64,000 bases of DNA, from contig JAFGQN010000148.1 of the NCBI GenBank assembly GCA_016935665.1, positions 69,384-133,383 of the forward strand, given 5' to 3'. Below the pieces are notes generated by a model. The model was given only the letters and a program-made list of their open reading frames with translations, did not search any database and was not told the origin of the DNA. Shown here one piece after another: positions 45,981-56,268 of this stretch (position 1 is the stretch's first letter; every line of letters begins with the position of its first letter). The translations under genes and the position numbers were made by a program. Source of the stretch: Deltaproteobacteria bacterium (lineage in GTDB: Bacteria > Myxococcota_A > Polyangia > JAAYKL01).

Positions 45981-47480
45981 ATGATGAGTTGTAAATGCGA
46001 TATCTTTCCTCAGCGGTTTCCAGGGGGCTTCACGAGCGCGGTTCTGGTTGTAATCGGATGTGCCATTGCTTCATCTGGATTTGCCGGAGGAATTTCGGTT
46101 GGGGATCAGGGCGCTGTGGCTGCGGGACGGAGCGGCGCTTTTGTGGCAAAGGCCGATGACCCTTCTGCCATTGAATACAATCCGGCGGGTTTGACGGGGC
46201 TAAAAGGGTGGAACATTTATCTTTCAAATCGGTTTGCATACGCCAGCGAGCGGTATAAACGAGCGACCATTTGGGACTATGATAACGCCGAAATCCATCC
46301 TTTTGGAGAAGTATCCAATCAGAAACCGTGGCAGCTGTTGGGGCCCATGCTGGCGTTAACAACGGATTTTGGATTAAAGGACTGGTCGTTTGCAATTGGC
46401 GCTTATGCACCCGCCGGAATCTCGTCTCAGGAGTTTCCCAGGGACGGCGGACAGCGATACATGCTAACATATCGCGACACAAAAATTCTCTACTATAATG
46501 CAAGTGTCGCCTGGAAACTCAGCGATGTTTTTGGGGTTGGGCTGAGCCTTCAGTGGGTGGATTTGGCTCAGCTGGATTTGCGCCTCGCTGTAAATGGCGA
46601 CGTAAACCCGGCCGCTGTTTCACCCATCTCCCATTTTTTTGATATGGAAGCACGTGTACAAGGAGCGGATCACATCGGCGTGTCGGGAATATTGGGAATG
46701 TGGTACCGTCCATCGCCATCGTTTCAAATGGCATTTTCCAGCCGATTTATCCCCACAAAACTTGAAGCCGATGCCACATTAACATTGGTACCTCTGGATG
46801 AAGACAATAATGGTTCTGTTTCAACACAGAGAAATGGCACGTCGGCCAATGATGTTGTGTTTTCGATGACGTTGCCAATGGAATTTCGCGCTGGGTTTCG
46901 TTACATTCATTTGCGCGGCCAGCAGGAGCTATTTGATGTGGAACTGGATTTTCGGTATGAGCTTTGGTCGCAGATGGAAAGCTATCGGGTAGACGGCACC
47001 GGAATGTCTGCATCAATTGACGGGATTTCAGAGCCGGTGTCAGTGGGGTTGATAGTGGTTCCGAAGAATTGGAAAAATACATTCAGTGTTCGTTTGGGGG
47101 GTGATTTTAATGCCATTGAGAATCGTTTGAAGTTGCGCGCAGGAACGTTTTGGGAAACGGCCGCCGCTCCAAACGAATACGCGTATGTGGATTTTTTGGC
47201 ATCCACCCGAATCGGTGCAAGCTTGGGGGCATCAGTGATTTTGGGGAAATTTGAAATGGCGCTCTCGTATACATACGTGATTGAGGTACCCGTCAAGGTG
47301 CATGAGACGGACGGGAAGATATATCAACAGGTTCCAGGAAGTCGCTGTAAAGGACCCGACTACGACGATCCCACTTTCTGCGATGCGAATTATCAGGGAC
47401 AGCCGTCTGCGACTGTAAATGGCGGTACATATACAAACACTTATCATTTCACATCACTGGCATTGTCCTACAGGTTTTAA
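45981..47480 (+). CDS. FadL/TodX-family outer-membrane hydrophobic-compound transport protein
   Basis: The N-terminal hatch motif GRSGAFVAKADDPSAIEYNPAGL (compare FadL [23 protein letters not shown]) and the C-terminal ...SLALSYRF (aromatic terminal residue of a beta-barrel) are present. Confidence 0.7.
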   Translation: MMSCKCDIFPQRFPGGFTSAVLVVIGCAIASSGFAGGISVGDQGAVAAGRSGAFVAKADDPSAIEYNPAGLTGLKGWNIYLSNRFAYASERYKRATIWDYDNAEIHPFGEVSNQKPWQLLGPMLALTTDFGLKDWSFAIGAYAPAGISSQEFPRDGGQRYMLTYRDTKILYYNASVAWKLSDVFGVGLSLQWVDLAQLDLRLAVNGDVNPAAVSPISHFFDMEARVQGADHIGVSGILGMWYRPSPSFQMAFSSRFIPTKLEADATLTLVPLDEDNNGSVSTQRNGTSANDVVFSMTLPMEFRAGFRYIHLRGQQELFDVELDFRYELWSQMESYRVDGTGMSASIDGISEPVSVGLIVVPKNWKNTFSVRLGGDFNAIENRLKLRAGTFWETAAAPNEYAYVDFLASTRIGASLGASVILGKFEMALSYTYVIEVPVKVHETDGKIYQQVPGSRCKGPDYDDPTFCDANYQGQPSATVNGGTYTNTYHFTSLALSYRF

Positions 47481-47491
47481 TGGATTTGGAA

Positions 47492-49144
47492 ATGAAACGG
47501 ATTTTGAAATATTTATTGTGTACACAGATTCTGGCTTTTGTCCCTGCAGGTGTAACGGCAGGCGTATTCGATGAGGCGGTATCTGGCGGTGATGTCAGTA
47601 CCACATCTGACTCTGCTTCATTTGAAGACACTGCGACGTCCGAATCCGATGCCGAATCCGATGTCGGGGACGATAGCCCTGTTGTTGTGGCAAGTCCGTT
47701 GCAATTTGATTTCAACGGATATGTCAGAGGCGATGTGTTTGCTGGAAAGATGCCGGGCTATTCTCAGACAGAATTAAAAAACGGGTATGGCGAACTCGCT
47801 TTAAAATTGCGTGTTTCAAAAGGATCCTACGGGGATGCTTTTGGGGAAGTCCGTTTCAAAGGCGGCTACCTCAACGATGGCCATTATCTGGGACAACCAT
47901 CAGATGTGGATGCATACGGACAACCCACCCAGGTGGACAGCGCCTCCGAAGATGCCGGGGAAATGGGCGCATCTGTGCAATTGAGAGAAGCCTACGTAAA
48001 CGCATATTTCGGTCGACTGGAAGTGCGTTTGGGACATCAGATTGTGCTTTGGGGACGTGCGGATGGCATTAACCCAACGAACAACATCACGCCCATCGAT
48101 ATACGGGTACGCTCCCCCGAAGAGGACGAACGTCGCCTCGCCAACACAGGTCTGCGCATCAAGCTCGATTTGTCGCCGCTGCGTATCGAAGGCATTTGGA
48201 TGCCATTTTACGCACCGTCCGTGGTGCCTCAAATTATTCTTGGGGACGCCTTGCGATTTGCAGAGCCGGATTATCCGGATTTGGATTTGACCAATGGACT
48301 ATTTGCCGGGAAGATTCACCTCATTTTTCCGGCGATTGAAATGTCTGTCTCTTATTTGAATGGATATTCTTTGACTCCCGGCATCAGATATGTGAAAAAC
48401 AATTTTTCAGCTGAATACTATGACGAAGTTTACGATTCGATTCTGAACCGGACCAAAACAGTGTCACTGAATCGAACTGCTTTTCGGCATCAGGTGATTG
48501 GCTTCGATTTTTCAACCACTTTGGGAAGTTTTATGGGCCTTCGCGGTGAAGTGGCGTTTCGCTACCCTGAAAAGCAGAATGAAGAGACGTTGAAACGGCT
48601 TCATATCCCCAATCCCGAGTTGCATTACGTTTTGGGTGTGGATAAGGAGTTTGGGAATCTTATGGTTGTCGCTCAATATATTGGGCGGTATGTCCTGAAT
48701 TGGAAAGACCTGCCCAAAGCCCGTGACTTTCAAGATGATGACATCGAAGACAGGATAGACGCTCTGAACGCCAAACCTGAGTTTGAAAACCTGGAAGAAA
48801 CAGTTGACTTTAACATTCATGAAGAACTTGTAAACTACGTGGCCAATAGAGAGTTGGTAAAAATCAACCACATGATCCACAACCAGAATTATGAAATTCA
48901 GCACGGCGTTTCGCTGCGATTGAGTTATTCGGCTCTGCACGACACACTCACGCTGGTGGCTTTTGGGATGTTGAATTTCACAACGCAGGAATATGTTTTT
49001 TATCCAAAAATACAATACAAACTCACAGATGCCATGGAGCTCTCGTTGGGAGCAGAGCTTTACTTTGGACCAGAGGAATCGCTGTTTGGAATGATCGATG
49101 AAACCATGAGCGCCGGATATACGGAATTGAAGATATCTTTTTAA
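47492..49144 (+). CDS. Putative outer-membrane beta-barrel protein (DUF1302-like?) adjacent to the MMPL transporter
   Basis: A signal peptide (MKRILKYLLCTQILAFVPAGVTAG), alternating amphipathic beta-strands and a C-terminal ...ELKISF. Alternative ATG at 47480 overlaps the FadL stop. Confidence 0.45.
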   Translation: MKRILKYLLCTQILAFVPAGVTAGVFDEAVSGGDVSTTSDSASFEDTATSESDAESDVGDDSPVVVASPLQFDFNGYVRGDVFAGKMPGYSQTELKNGYGELALKLRVSKGSYGDAFGEVRFKGGYLNDGHYLGQPSDVDAYGQPTQVDSASEDAGEMGASVQLREAYVNAYFGRLEVRLGHQIVLWGRADGINPTNNITPIDIRVRSPEEDERRLANTGLRIKLDLSPLRIEGIWMPFYAPSVVPQIILGDALRFAEPDYPDLDLTNGLFAGKIHLIFPAIEMSVSYLNGYSLTPGIRYVKNNFSAEYYDEVYDSILNRTKTVSLNRTAFRHQVIGFDFSTTLGSFMGLRGEVAFRYPEKQNEETLKRLHIPNPELHYVLGVDKEFGNLMVVAQYIGRYVLNWKDLPKARDFQDDDIEDRIDALNAKPEFENLEETVDFNIHEELVNYVANRELVKINHMIHNQNYEIQHGVSLRLSYSALHDTLTLVAFGMLNFTTQEYVFYPKIQYKLTDAMELSLGAELYFGPEESLFGMIDETMSAGYTELKISF

Positions 49145-49156
49145 GGGGAAACTCGA

Positions 49157-51469
49157 ATGAAGAATAATACTAAACTCGCCGACATTGTAATCAAGTATCC
49201 CTGGCCGTTCATTCTGATTTTTGTTGCTGCAACTGTGTTGGCGGCATACCAGTTGCCGAGGGTGGAACTCGACACGGAGATGAAAAACCAACTGCCGGTC
49301 GATTTGCCCACCCGAAAGAATCTGACAAAAATTGAGAAACTGTTCGGTGGCACAGACATGATCATGATCGTTTTGTCCGCTGACGATATCCTGGATGCGG
49401 CGGTGGCGAAACGCGTAAAGGAGATGTCGAAAAAATTTACGCGCATCAAAGAGTTTGACCGGGTGATCAGTCTTTTTACCGCAAAATCCATTAGCGCGGA
49501 ATATGGCGAGTTAATGGTCGAGCAGTCGGTGCCTCGCATTCCAAAAACAGAGAAATCCCGCGAAAAATTACGTGAGAAGCTGAAGAAAAACGAGTTGGTC
49601 TATGGCAATATTGTGTCCAAAGACTTCAAACATACGGTTCTGATTGGTTTTTTGGCGACGGACGCATCTGACGAAGTTGTTGTTTCGAAGCTCGAAGAAA
49701 TCATCGCCCAAACCCCTGGCCCCGGAAAAGCGCTGATTGGCGGAATGCCGATGACGCGTGTAAAACTTTCAAAGGACATCCGAAAAGACATGTCTCGATT
49801 TCTTCCGGTGGGGCTGGTTCTGATGTTCATCTTTCTCTGGGCATGTTTCCGCGAGGGCCGAAGCGTTTTGATGCCATTTGTTATGACAGTCATGGCAATC
49901 GCCATAGCTTTGGGGTTGCTCTCATTCCTTGGGTGGAAAATACACACGGTTACTGTGTTGCTTCCAGTTATTCTGCTGGCTGTTGCTAATGATTACGGCA
50001 TCCATATCATGGCCCACTATCAATCCGATAAAGCGAGGCATATCGGTTGGTCTTCAAAACAACTGGCGCATTCCGCTATCGCCAGTTTGAATCAGCCCAT
50101 TCTTGCAAGTGGCATAACCACTATTGTTGGATTATTGTGTCTGTTGTCTCATATCATTATACCAGCGGAACAATTGGGCGTTCTCGCAGCAATCGGCGTG
50201 GCATTTGCTGTTGTTGGCAGCCTTGTATTTATACCGGCAGTCATCGCTGTACTTCCGAAACCCAAATTTAAAATTTCAAAAAAAGACAAAGGCCGCGACG
50301 TATCAACCGCGATGACACGACTTCTCGAATTCATGGGAAACAGCGTCGTCAGGAAACCAGGGGCCATTTTAGTTTCCACAGTGGTATTGATGCTCACATT
50401 CGCAGTCGGTTCTTTTTTCATCGTTGTGGACAGCAATCCGATGAGTTTCTACAAGAAAAACGACCCCATCTGGCAGGCAACCAACATGCTGAACAAACAT
50501 TTTGGCGGTTGGGCCGGCATTTCCATTGTTGCAGAAGGTGATATTAAAGATCCCAAAATAATGAAGGAAATTGATGCACTGGAAAAACATTTGAAAAAGC
50601 ACCCGCTGGTGGGAACAACGTCTTCTATCGCAGCTGTGGTTCGAGGAATTAATCAGGTGATGAACGAAGACAACCCTAAAGAAAACCGAGTTCCAGATAC
50701 GAAACAGCTGATTGCTCAATATTTTCTGTTGTATTCATTGAGTGGAGACATTGACGATTTCGATAAGATGGTCGACTTCAAGTATCGACATGCGCAAATC
50801 ATGGCACAGGTCAAAGATAGCGGGACAGCAGCCGCAACGGATGTTGTGGCGTATACGCGCCAATACATAGAATCCCGACCCGGTTCTCCTTTTCGTATGA
50901 TTGGCGGTTTGCTGGATGTCATCACCAATATGGTGGATTATATTGTTCGGGGGCAACTTCTGAGTCTGTTTCTCTCCATCCTGTTATGTGGTGTACTTGT
51001 TGCAATCCTTATGCGATCTCTGATTGCCGGATTAATTGCAATGGTCCCATTAGGTATCGCAGTTTCCATTCTATTTGGGTTAATGGGATTTTTGGGAATA
51101 GAATTGAATCTAATTACAGCAATGCTGTCTTCTATCATGATCGGTGTCGGAATTGACTACACAATCCATTTTCTATGGCGATATCGCGATGAAAGGAAGA
51201 CGGCGATGCCTGCAGAAGCAGTAAAATCGACATTGCACTCCGCTGGACGGGGGATTTTGTTCAATGGATTCTCTGTGGTGGTTGGCTTTGTTGTTTTACT
51301 ATTGTCCCAATTTTTCCCAGTTCAGTTTTTCGGCCTGTTGGTAGTAGTCTCGATTCTATCCTGTTTGGTGGGAGCTCTTGTTATATTGCCAGCGGTCGTC
51401 ATTGTGTTTAAACCGAGGTTCCTGGAACCCAAAAAAAGCGAATTTGAATCAGCAGAAGAGGCGGCTTAA
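49157..51469 (+). CDS. MMPL/RND-superfamily exporter (two 6-TM sterol-sensing-like bundles; HpnN-like lipid exporter family)
   Basis: 770 aa. TM1 is followed by a periplasmic domain and a TM2-6 bundle (ILLAVANDYGIHIMAHY), then a duplicated second half (MLSSIMIGVGIDYTIHFLWRY). This is typical MMPL topology. Confidence 0.7.
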   Translation: MKNNTKLADIVIKYPWPFILIFVAATVLAAYQLPRVELDTEMKNQLPVDLPTRKNLTKIEKLFGGTDMIMIVLSADDILDAAVAKRVKEMSKKFTRIKEFDRVISLFTAKSISAEYGELMVEQSVPRIPKTEKSREKLREKLKKNELVYGNIVSKDFKHTVLIGFLATDASDEVVVSKLEEIIAQTPGPGKALIGGMPMTRVKLSKDIRKDMSRFLPVGLVLMFIFLWACFREGRSVLMPFVMTVMAIAIALGLLSFLGWKIHTVTVLLPVILLAVANDYGIHIMAHYQSDKARHIGWSSKQLAHSAIASLNQPILASGITTIVGLLCLLSHIIIPAEQLGVLAAIGVAFAVVGSLVFIPAVIAVLPKPKFKISKKDKGRDVSTAMTRLLEFMGNSVVRKPGAILVSTVVLMLTFAVGSFFIVVDSNPMSFYKKNDPIWQATNMLNKHFGGWAGISIVAEGDIKDPKIMKEIDALEKHLKKHPLVGTTSSIAAVVRGINQVMNEDNPKENRVPDTKQLIAQYFLLYSLSGDIDDFDKMVDFKYRHAQIMAQVKDSGTAAATDVVAYTRQYIESRPGSPFRMIGGLLDVITNMVDYIVRGQLLSLFLSILLCGVLVAILMRSLIAGLIAMVPLGIAVSILFGLMGFLGIELNLITAMLSSIMIGVGIDYTIHFLWRYRDERKTAMPAEAVKSTLHSAGRGILFNGFSVVVGFVVLLLSQFFPVQFFGLLVVVSILSCLVGALVILPAVVIVFKPRFLEPKKSEFESAEEAA

Positions 51470-51508
51470 TCATGAGTCATCTCTGCGATTCCGGTAAGGA
51501 GGAAAAAA

Positions 51509-52333
51509 ATGAAAGGTAAACTTTTAGCTACTCCCAAAATAGTCACCGTGGCCATAACTGTCGGATTGATAACATCGGTTTATTTGAGCAGCGGTATAAG
51601 CGCCGATTTGTCGGGAATGGACATTATGCAAAAAGCCAATGCCGCTCGTCAGTTGAATGGCTCCGAAGCGGTGATGACGCTTACAATCAAAAATTCAAAA
51701 GGGGAAAAAAGAGTTCGAAAAATTGCCACCGTTACCAAACTTTTTGACAAAGGAAAAACCGAAAAACGAGTTTATCGTTTTCTGTCACCTGCGGATGTAA
51801 AAGGAACCGGCGTATTGACCTTTGACTACGAAACAAAGGGCGACGATATGTGGATTTATCTGCCTGCATTGCGAAAAACCCGTCGTATCGTTACTTCTGA
51901 AAGAGCAAAAAGTTTTATGGGAAGTGAGTTCTCATATGCAGATATGAACACGCCAACTTTGTCGGACTACAAATTCAAAGTGCTTAAAGACGAGAGTGTT
52001 GATGGTGCAAAATGCTGGAAAATTGAAGTTATGCCCAAAAATGACAAAGTGGCTGAAGACGAAGGATATTCCAAAAAATATGTTTGGGTGGCGCAAAATG
52101 AATTCACCATTCGAAAAGCAGAATATTTTGATCTTGATGGCGAACTCCTGAAGATGCTTCACAGCAAGAATATCGAGCTTGTAGACAAAGCACAGAAGCG
52201 ATATCGTTCCAAATATATGGAAATGACAAACAAGCAGAATGGTCGCCAATCCATTTTCGAAATAGAAAAGATTGAAAATGTACCTGACACCAAGGATTCT
52301 TATTTCACTACAAGCTATTTAGAACGCCCTTAA
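51509..52333 (+). CDS. LolA-like outer-membrane lipoprotein-sorting-family protein (frequent partner of MMPL exporters)
   Basis: A signal peptide, then DMWIYLPALRKTRRIVTSERAKSFMGSEFSYADM, which matches the conserved core of the LolA-like family. Confidence 0.6.
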   Translation: MKGKLLATPKIVTVAITVGLITSVYLSSGISADLSGMDIMQKANAARQLNGSEAVMTLTIKNSKGEKRVRKIATVTKLFDKGKTEKRVYRFLSPADVKGTGVLTFDYETKGDDMWIYLPALRKTRRIVTSERAKSFMGSEFSYADMNTPTLSDYKFKVLKDESVDGAKCWKIEVMPKNDKVAEDEGYSKKYVWVAQNEFTIRKAEYFDLDGELLKMLHSKNIELVDKAQKRYRSKYMEMTNKQNGRQSIFEIEKIENVPDTKDSYFTTSYLERP

Positions 52334-52403
52334 TTATAAAGGAAATTTGATGATATGATCGATTGAGGTCACATCTGGGTGATCCCAAAGAAAGGATTCA
52401 AAA

Positions 52404-54080
52404 ATGAACAAGTCTTTATTCCTTTTAATCTGGCTGAGTGCGGTTCTTGCCATGGCTCACTTGTCAGGTTGTGGTGGAGATGACGGTGCGATATCCTCTG
52501 ACGGCGATAGCGACTCGGATAGCGACGGCGATTCGGATGGGGACTCGGATAGCGACAGTGATGCCGATAGCGATTCTGACTCCGACAGCGATAGCGATTC
52601 GGATAGTGATGGCGATAGCGATTCGGACGGTGATGGCGATGATTGTGAGTATACGTGTAGCAATCATTGCGCGTCCATTAACGGAATTCCCATGTCTGGA
52701 GAATGCCCGGGGGAACAGAAATGTTGTGATCTCGGTGATTCTGATGCGGATTCTGACTCCGATGGCGATTCTGATTCAGACGGTGATTCTGATTCTGATT
52801 CTGACTCTGATGGCGACAGTGACGGCGATGCAGAGGGGGATTTCGTTATCGACAAATCAACGTCCAGCAAAATTCCAACTGTCGGTATTGTGAAATGGTC
52901 TCTGGAAGGTGTCAGCAAAATCGACGAGGCGACAATTGAGTTTGGTCAGGATAATAAATATGGAATGGAAGCGCCGGTTGACCTGGAGGAAGCAAATTAT
53001 CGAACTGTGCTTTTAGGGATGAAATCAGAGACGGACTATCATTTTCGTATCGTGGCTAAAAGTGGCGGAAAAACCTATACCAGCTCAGATCAAACGCTGA
53101 AAACCGGTCCAACACTAAGTCTGGAAAAACCAAGAATTGATGTGAAACAAGCCGGCAAAACGAATGACGGGTTTCTTGTTCTTGCATCATACTCCGGTGG
53201 TATGGGTGGACAAAATCCCCAGGGACTTATTTTCGACAATGATGGTGATTTGGTTTGGTTTTATCAGGCAAAAACACTGGTCGACAGTACACGCGCCCGC
53301 TTGAGTTACGATGGCAAGTGGATGGCGGTCGTGCCTGTCAATAATGGCGGTAATGCCGGAAGTATTGCTCTGTGCTCAATTGATGGAGAAGAAACCAAGC
53401 AGTTTAATCTGACCGGCGCGGCTCATGATTTGACACCTACGGATGATAATACATTTGTATTTTTGGAGTATTCAGCCGGTGGTGGTGGCGGTATGATGGG
53501 GATGTCCAGTGCTTGCGCAAAGGCTGTTGAAGTTGATTTGGATGGAAAAACCAATCTGATTTTTGATTCTGCTCAGGTATGGACCAATGATTGTCATGGG
53601 AACGCATTGCGCTACTCGGAGGATGACGGTCTTTTCACCATGTCAGAGTATAATCACAACGAAATTGCCGCTTTTGATAAACAGGGAAAATTAAAATGGG
53701 TTACAAAAAATAATGGCCTCTGGCAGGCGCAGCATGGTCATCATCTTGTTGACGGCAACCATCTGTTGGTTTTCAATAACGGAGGAAATTTGGGGCAAAT
53801 GAATTCTACCAGCATAGCGTTGGAATTCACGGTGGATGGTAGTGGCAATCTCACAAAGGTTTTTGAATATTCGGTCAATGGTTTAGGAACACCGACTTTG
53901 GGAGATATACAGCGACTGCCGAATGGTAATACTCTGGTATCTTACAGCAACTCGGCAATTATTCACGAGGTGGATTCCAGCGGTAGTCTGGTCCGTAGCT
54001 GGGATTTTGGGAAGACAGCGTTTGGATATGTGGTCTGGCGTCCCACTCTCTATGGTCCACCAATCGATTTGAGCATGTAG
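52404..54080 (+). CDS. Lipoprotein with two poly-(Asp-Ser) tracts flanking a Cys-rich module, and a C-terminal beta-propeller resembling arylsulfotransferase (ASST)-family domains
   Basis: Lipobox MAHLSGCGG, then about 50 aa of DSDSDG repeats, [29 protein letters not shown], a second DSD tract, and a propeller with [22 protein letters not shown] (HH-D...NGN blocks as in ASST). Confidence 0.45.
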   Translation: MNKSLFLLIWLSAVLAMAHLSGCGGDDGAISSDGDSDSDSDGDSDGDSDSDSDADSDSDSDSDSDSDSDGDSDSDGDGDDCEYTCSNHCASINGIPMSGECPGEQKCCDLGDSDADSDSDGDSDSDGDSDSDSDSDGDSDGDAEGDFVIDKSTSSKIPTVGIVKWSLEGVSKIDEATIEFGQDNKYGMEAPVDLEEANYRTVLLGMKSETDYHFRIVAKSGGKTYTSSDQTLKTGPTLSLEKPRIDVKQAGKTNDGFLVLASYSGGMGGQNPQGLIFDNDGDLVWFYQAKTLVDSTRARLSYDGKWMAVVPVNNGGNAGSIALCSIDGEETKQFNLTGAAHDLTPTDDNTFVFLEYSAGGGGGMMGMSSACAKAVEVDLDGKTNLIFDSAQVWTNDCHGNALRYSEDDGLFTMSEYNHNEIAAFDKQGKLKWVTKNNGLWQAQHGHHLVDGNHLLVFNNGGNLGQMNSTSIALEFTVDGSGNLTKVFEYSVNGLGTPTLGDIQRLPNGNTLVSYSNSAIIHEVDSSGSLVRSWDFGKTAFGYVVWRPTLYGPPIDLSM

Positions 54081-54409
54081 TTACTTTGATTCGTCGCCCC
54101 ACCTTTGGTCAATGAAAATGCAATTCTATAAAATTATTCAGTAAATATCTGGTGGGATGGATGAAACATGTCCTTGCCAGTCTATTTTCAAGATACTCCA
54201 TGTTGAGTGATTTGGAAAATCTTTCATTTTGGTGAAATGATGGTAATGTTTGTACTGGCGGGGACAAATACCCTGTTAAATGAAATTGAAAAGATAGTGC
54301 GCCCAATGGCGTTTTTTCAACCTATTCATGATTGGGAACTCCACCAGTTGAATAAGCAATGTTTGAACAACACACCATACGTGTGATCTCAGTAAAGGAG
54401 ATACAATAA

Positions 54410-55579
54410 ATGACCATATTAAATCGATTATTGATGGTACTTATGGCAGTTTCGCTGCTCGTTTTTCTTGGGATAGGGTGTGGATCTGGCCCAGATGCTG
54501 GGGACAGCGACGTCGATGGTGATTCCGATACGGATGGAGACAGTGATATGGATGGAGACAGTGATATGGATGGAGACAGTGATACGGATGGAGACAGTGA
54601 TACGGATGGAGACGGTGATTCTGATGGTGATGCTCCGAAGACGTGTGATTCTTTTGAAATGGATGAAGATACCATCGTTTTGAAACTAACAGATGACCAG
54701 AATTATAGTTTCTGGAATGAGATTGATATTGAGTCGACATCTGTAAATGCGCGATCTGAAATTATTTTCGATTGGAGTGACCTCAAAGAGGATATGCTGG
54801 GGCGTCCGATGAAACCCGATGAAGATGTTCAGGCGATTCTTGTCTCCGTATGGAAGCATTCTGAGGAAGAAGTCAAAGAATTGATTAATGATGATACCTG
54901 GACAATGAAAAATATTTATCCTCCAGGACGTTTGGTAACAGATGGTTCGCAAACCTCAGCAGAGTATTTCAAGCTGGACACTACGTCCGGTTCTCCCGTT
55001 CCTCTGGAGGATTTAGAAGACTTTATTGATCCAGCAAAGTATGACCCCGAAAAAACAGCCTACACTGTAATGGTTCAAAGTAGCGTCAATCCTGCGAAAG
55101 ATATACGAATGCTGGCAATGTTCAGTGTGGACAAAGACGAAACAAACGATACGGTGAAAATTCATAACGATTCCACAACGCTCGATTACGAGGCTACGTT
55201 GGATGAATTTGAATCCATTGCAATACCCATGGGGACATCAAATATTAAAGTGGACTGGACTAACGGCCCTGTAATGAACGCCATGGGCTTCTATTTCGTA
55301 CCAGAGAACATCCACCGCGTTATGGTTGCATACTACGAAGATGAGACCCTGGAAGATTTGGAGAACAATTTCTTACGCCTGGAAGATATGGCAGAGAGAA
55401 TCTGGCAGGTGGACCATGAACTGGGTTTTTATGAGAATCTTTCCAATCTTGTTGATAAGGATGGGAATTCTTTTAGAGGAATTGGTTCGGAAGGTTTGTA
55501 TGTGCTAACTCTGATCTGCACTGGATGTGCAAATCCTGCCCCATTATTTCTTACTGTACTGGAACCCTGTGAAGAATAA
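54410..55579 (+). CDS. Acidic lipoprotein of unknown function with a (DSDxDG)n linker
   Basis: Lipobox VFLGIGCGSG, then GDSDVDGDSDTDGDSDMDGDSDMDGDSDTDGDSDTDGDGDSDGD. The globular remainder is acidic with no known motif. Confidence 0.5.
   Translation: MTILNRLLMVLMAVSLLVFLGIGCGSGPDAGDSDVDGDSDTDGDSDMDGDSDMDGDSDTDGDSDTDGDGDSDGDAPKTCDSFEMDEDTIVLKLTDDQNYSFWNEIDIESTSVNARSEIIFDWSDLKEDMLGRPMKPDEDVQAILVSVWKHSEEEVKELINDDTWTMKNIYPPGRLVTDGSQTSAEYFKLDTTSGSPVPLEDLEDFIDPAKYDPEKTAYTVMVQSSVNPAKDIRMLAMFSVDKDETNDTVKIHNDSTTLDYEATLDEFESIAIPMGTSNIKVDWTNGPVMNAMGFYFVPENIHRVMVAYYEDETLEDLENNFLRLEDMAERIWQVDHELGFYENLSNLVDKDGNSFRGIGSEGLYVLTLICTGCANPAPLFLTVLEPCEE
54515..54622. repeat. 18-bp near-perfect tandem DNA repeat (x5-6) encoding the DGDSDM/T linker
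   Basis: gatggagacagtgata[t/c]g at 54533-54550, 54551-54568, 54569-54586 and 54587-54604, flanked by diverged copies. Confidence 0.9.
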
Positions 55580-55625
55580 TATGGTCGCCAGCATTTTTTG
55601 AGAAGGAGACGAGAAGGAGACTGCT

Positions 55626-56219
55626 ATGAGAAAAATGTCACACATTTCCTATTTCAGCGTGTTTGTGTTATCCTTGACACTTGCAATTTGCGTCACCATT
55701 TCTGGACAGGCGGATAGTGCACCTCCCAAAACGAAAACCGTTGCTGGGAAATCTCTGAAGCTTCTCGGCACCGCACTTCGGGAGTTTCTGTTTATAGATA
55801 TTTATAAACTGAGTGCTTACTCTGAAAGCGGTGATTGCAAACAAAGTTCAGTGATTTATAATTCGGAAATAAAGTTGTTGGTTTTGGCAATGAAGAAGAC
55901 CATTCCCAAAGAGCGCCTTGTCTCTACTTTAAAAGAGACGTTTATGGACAATCTGCCACAGGGAAAAGACAATTCGGAACTGAAGGGTAAGATTGAAACC
56001 TTTTTGTCGTATTTTAGCAACGATATTAAAAAAGGCAGTTATGTGGAAATTTTGTATCTTCCCGGGCGTGGCACGATGTTGAAGCAAAACGGCGCACAAC
56101 TGGGCCAGGTGACTAAAGGTAAAGGTTTTGCCGATCTTGTTTGGCGATCGTATTTTGGTCCCAACACATGTTGTCCTGGATTGAAATCTGACATTCTGAA
56201 AGAATGTAAATCAGAGTAA
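55626..56219 (+). CDS. Chalcone-isomerase-like (CHI-fold, fatty-acid-binding type) secreted protein
   Basis: A signal peptide, then LKLLGTALREFLFIDIYKLSAY, which matches the CHI-like signature (G-T-G-x-R-x-x-x-F-x-x-I-x-x-Y-x-x-A-L-Y). Confidence 0.55.
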   Translation: MRKMSHISYFSVFVLSLTLAICVTISGQADSAPPKTKTVAGKSLKLLGTALREFLFIDIYKLSAYSESGDCKQSSVIYNSEIKLLVLAMKKTIPKERLVSTLKETFMDNLPQGKDNSELKGKIETFLSYFSNDIKKGSYVEILYLPGRGTMLKQNGAQLGQVTKGKGFADLVWRSYFGPNTCCPGLKSDILKECKSE

Positions 56220-56268
56220 ATAGTAATAGATCAGCTGAGTATCATTGGTAACGGTTTTCCTGAAACCA

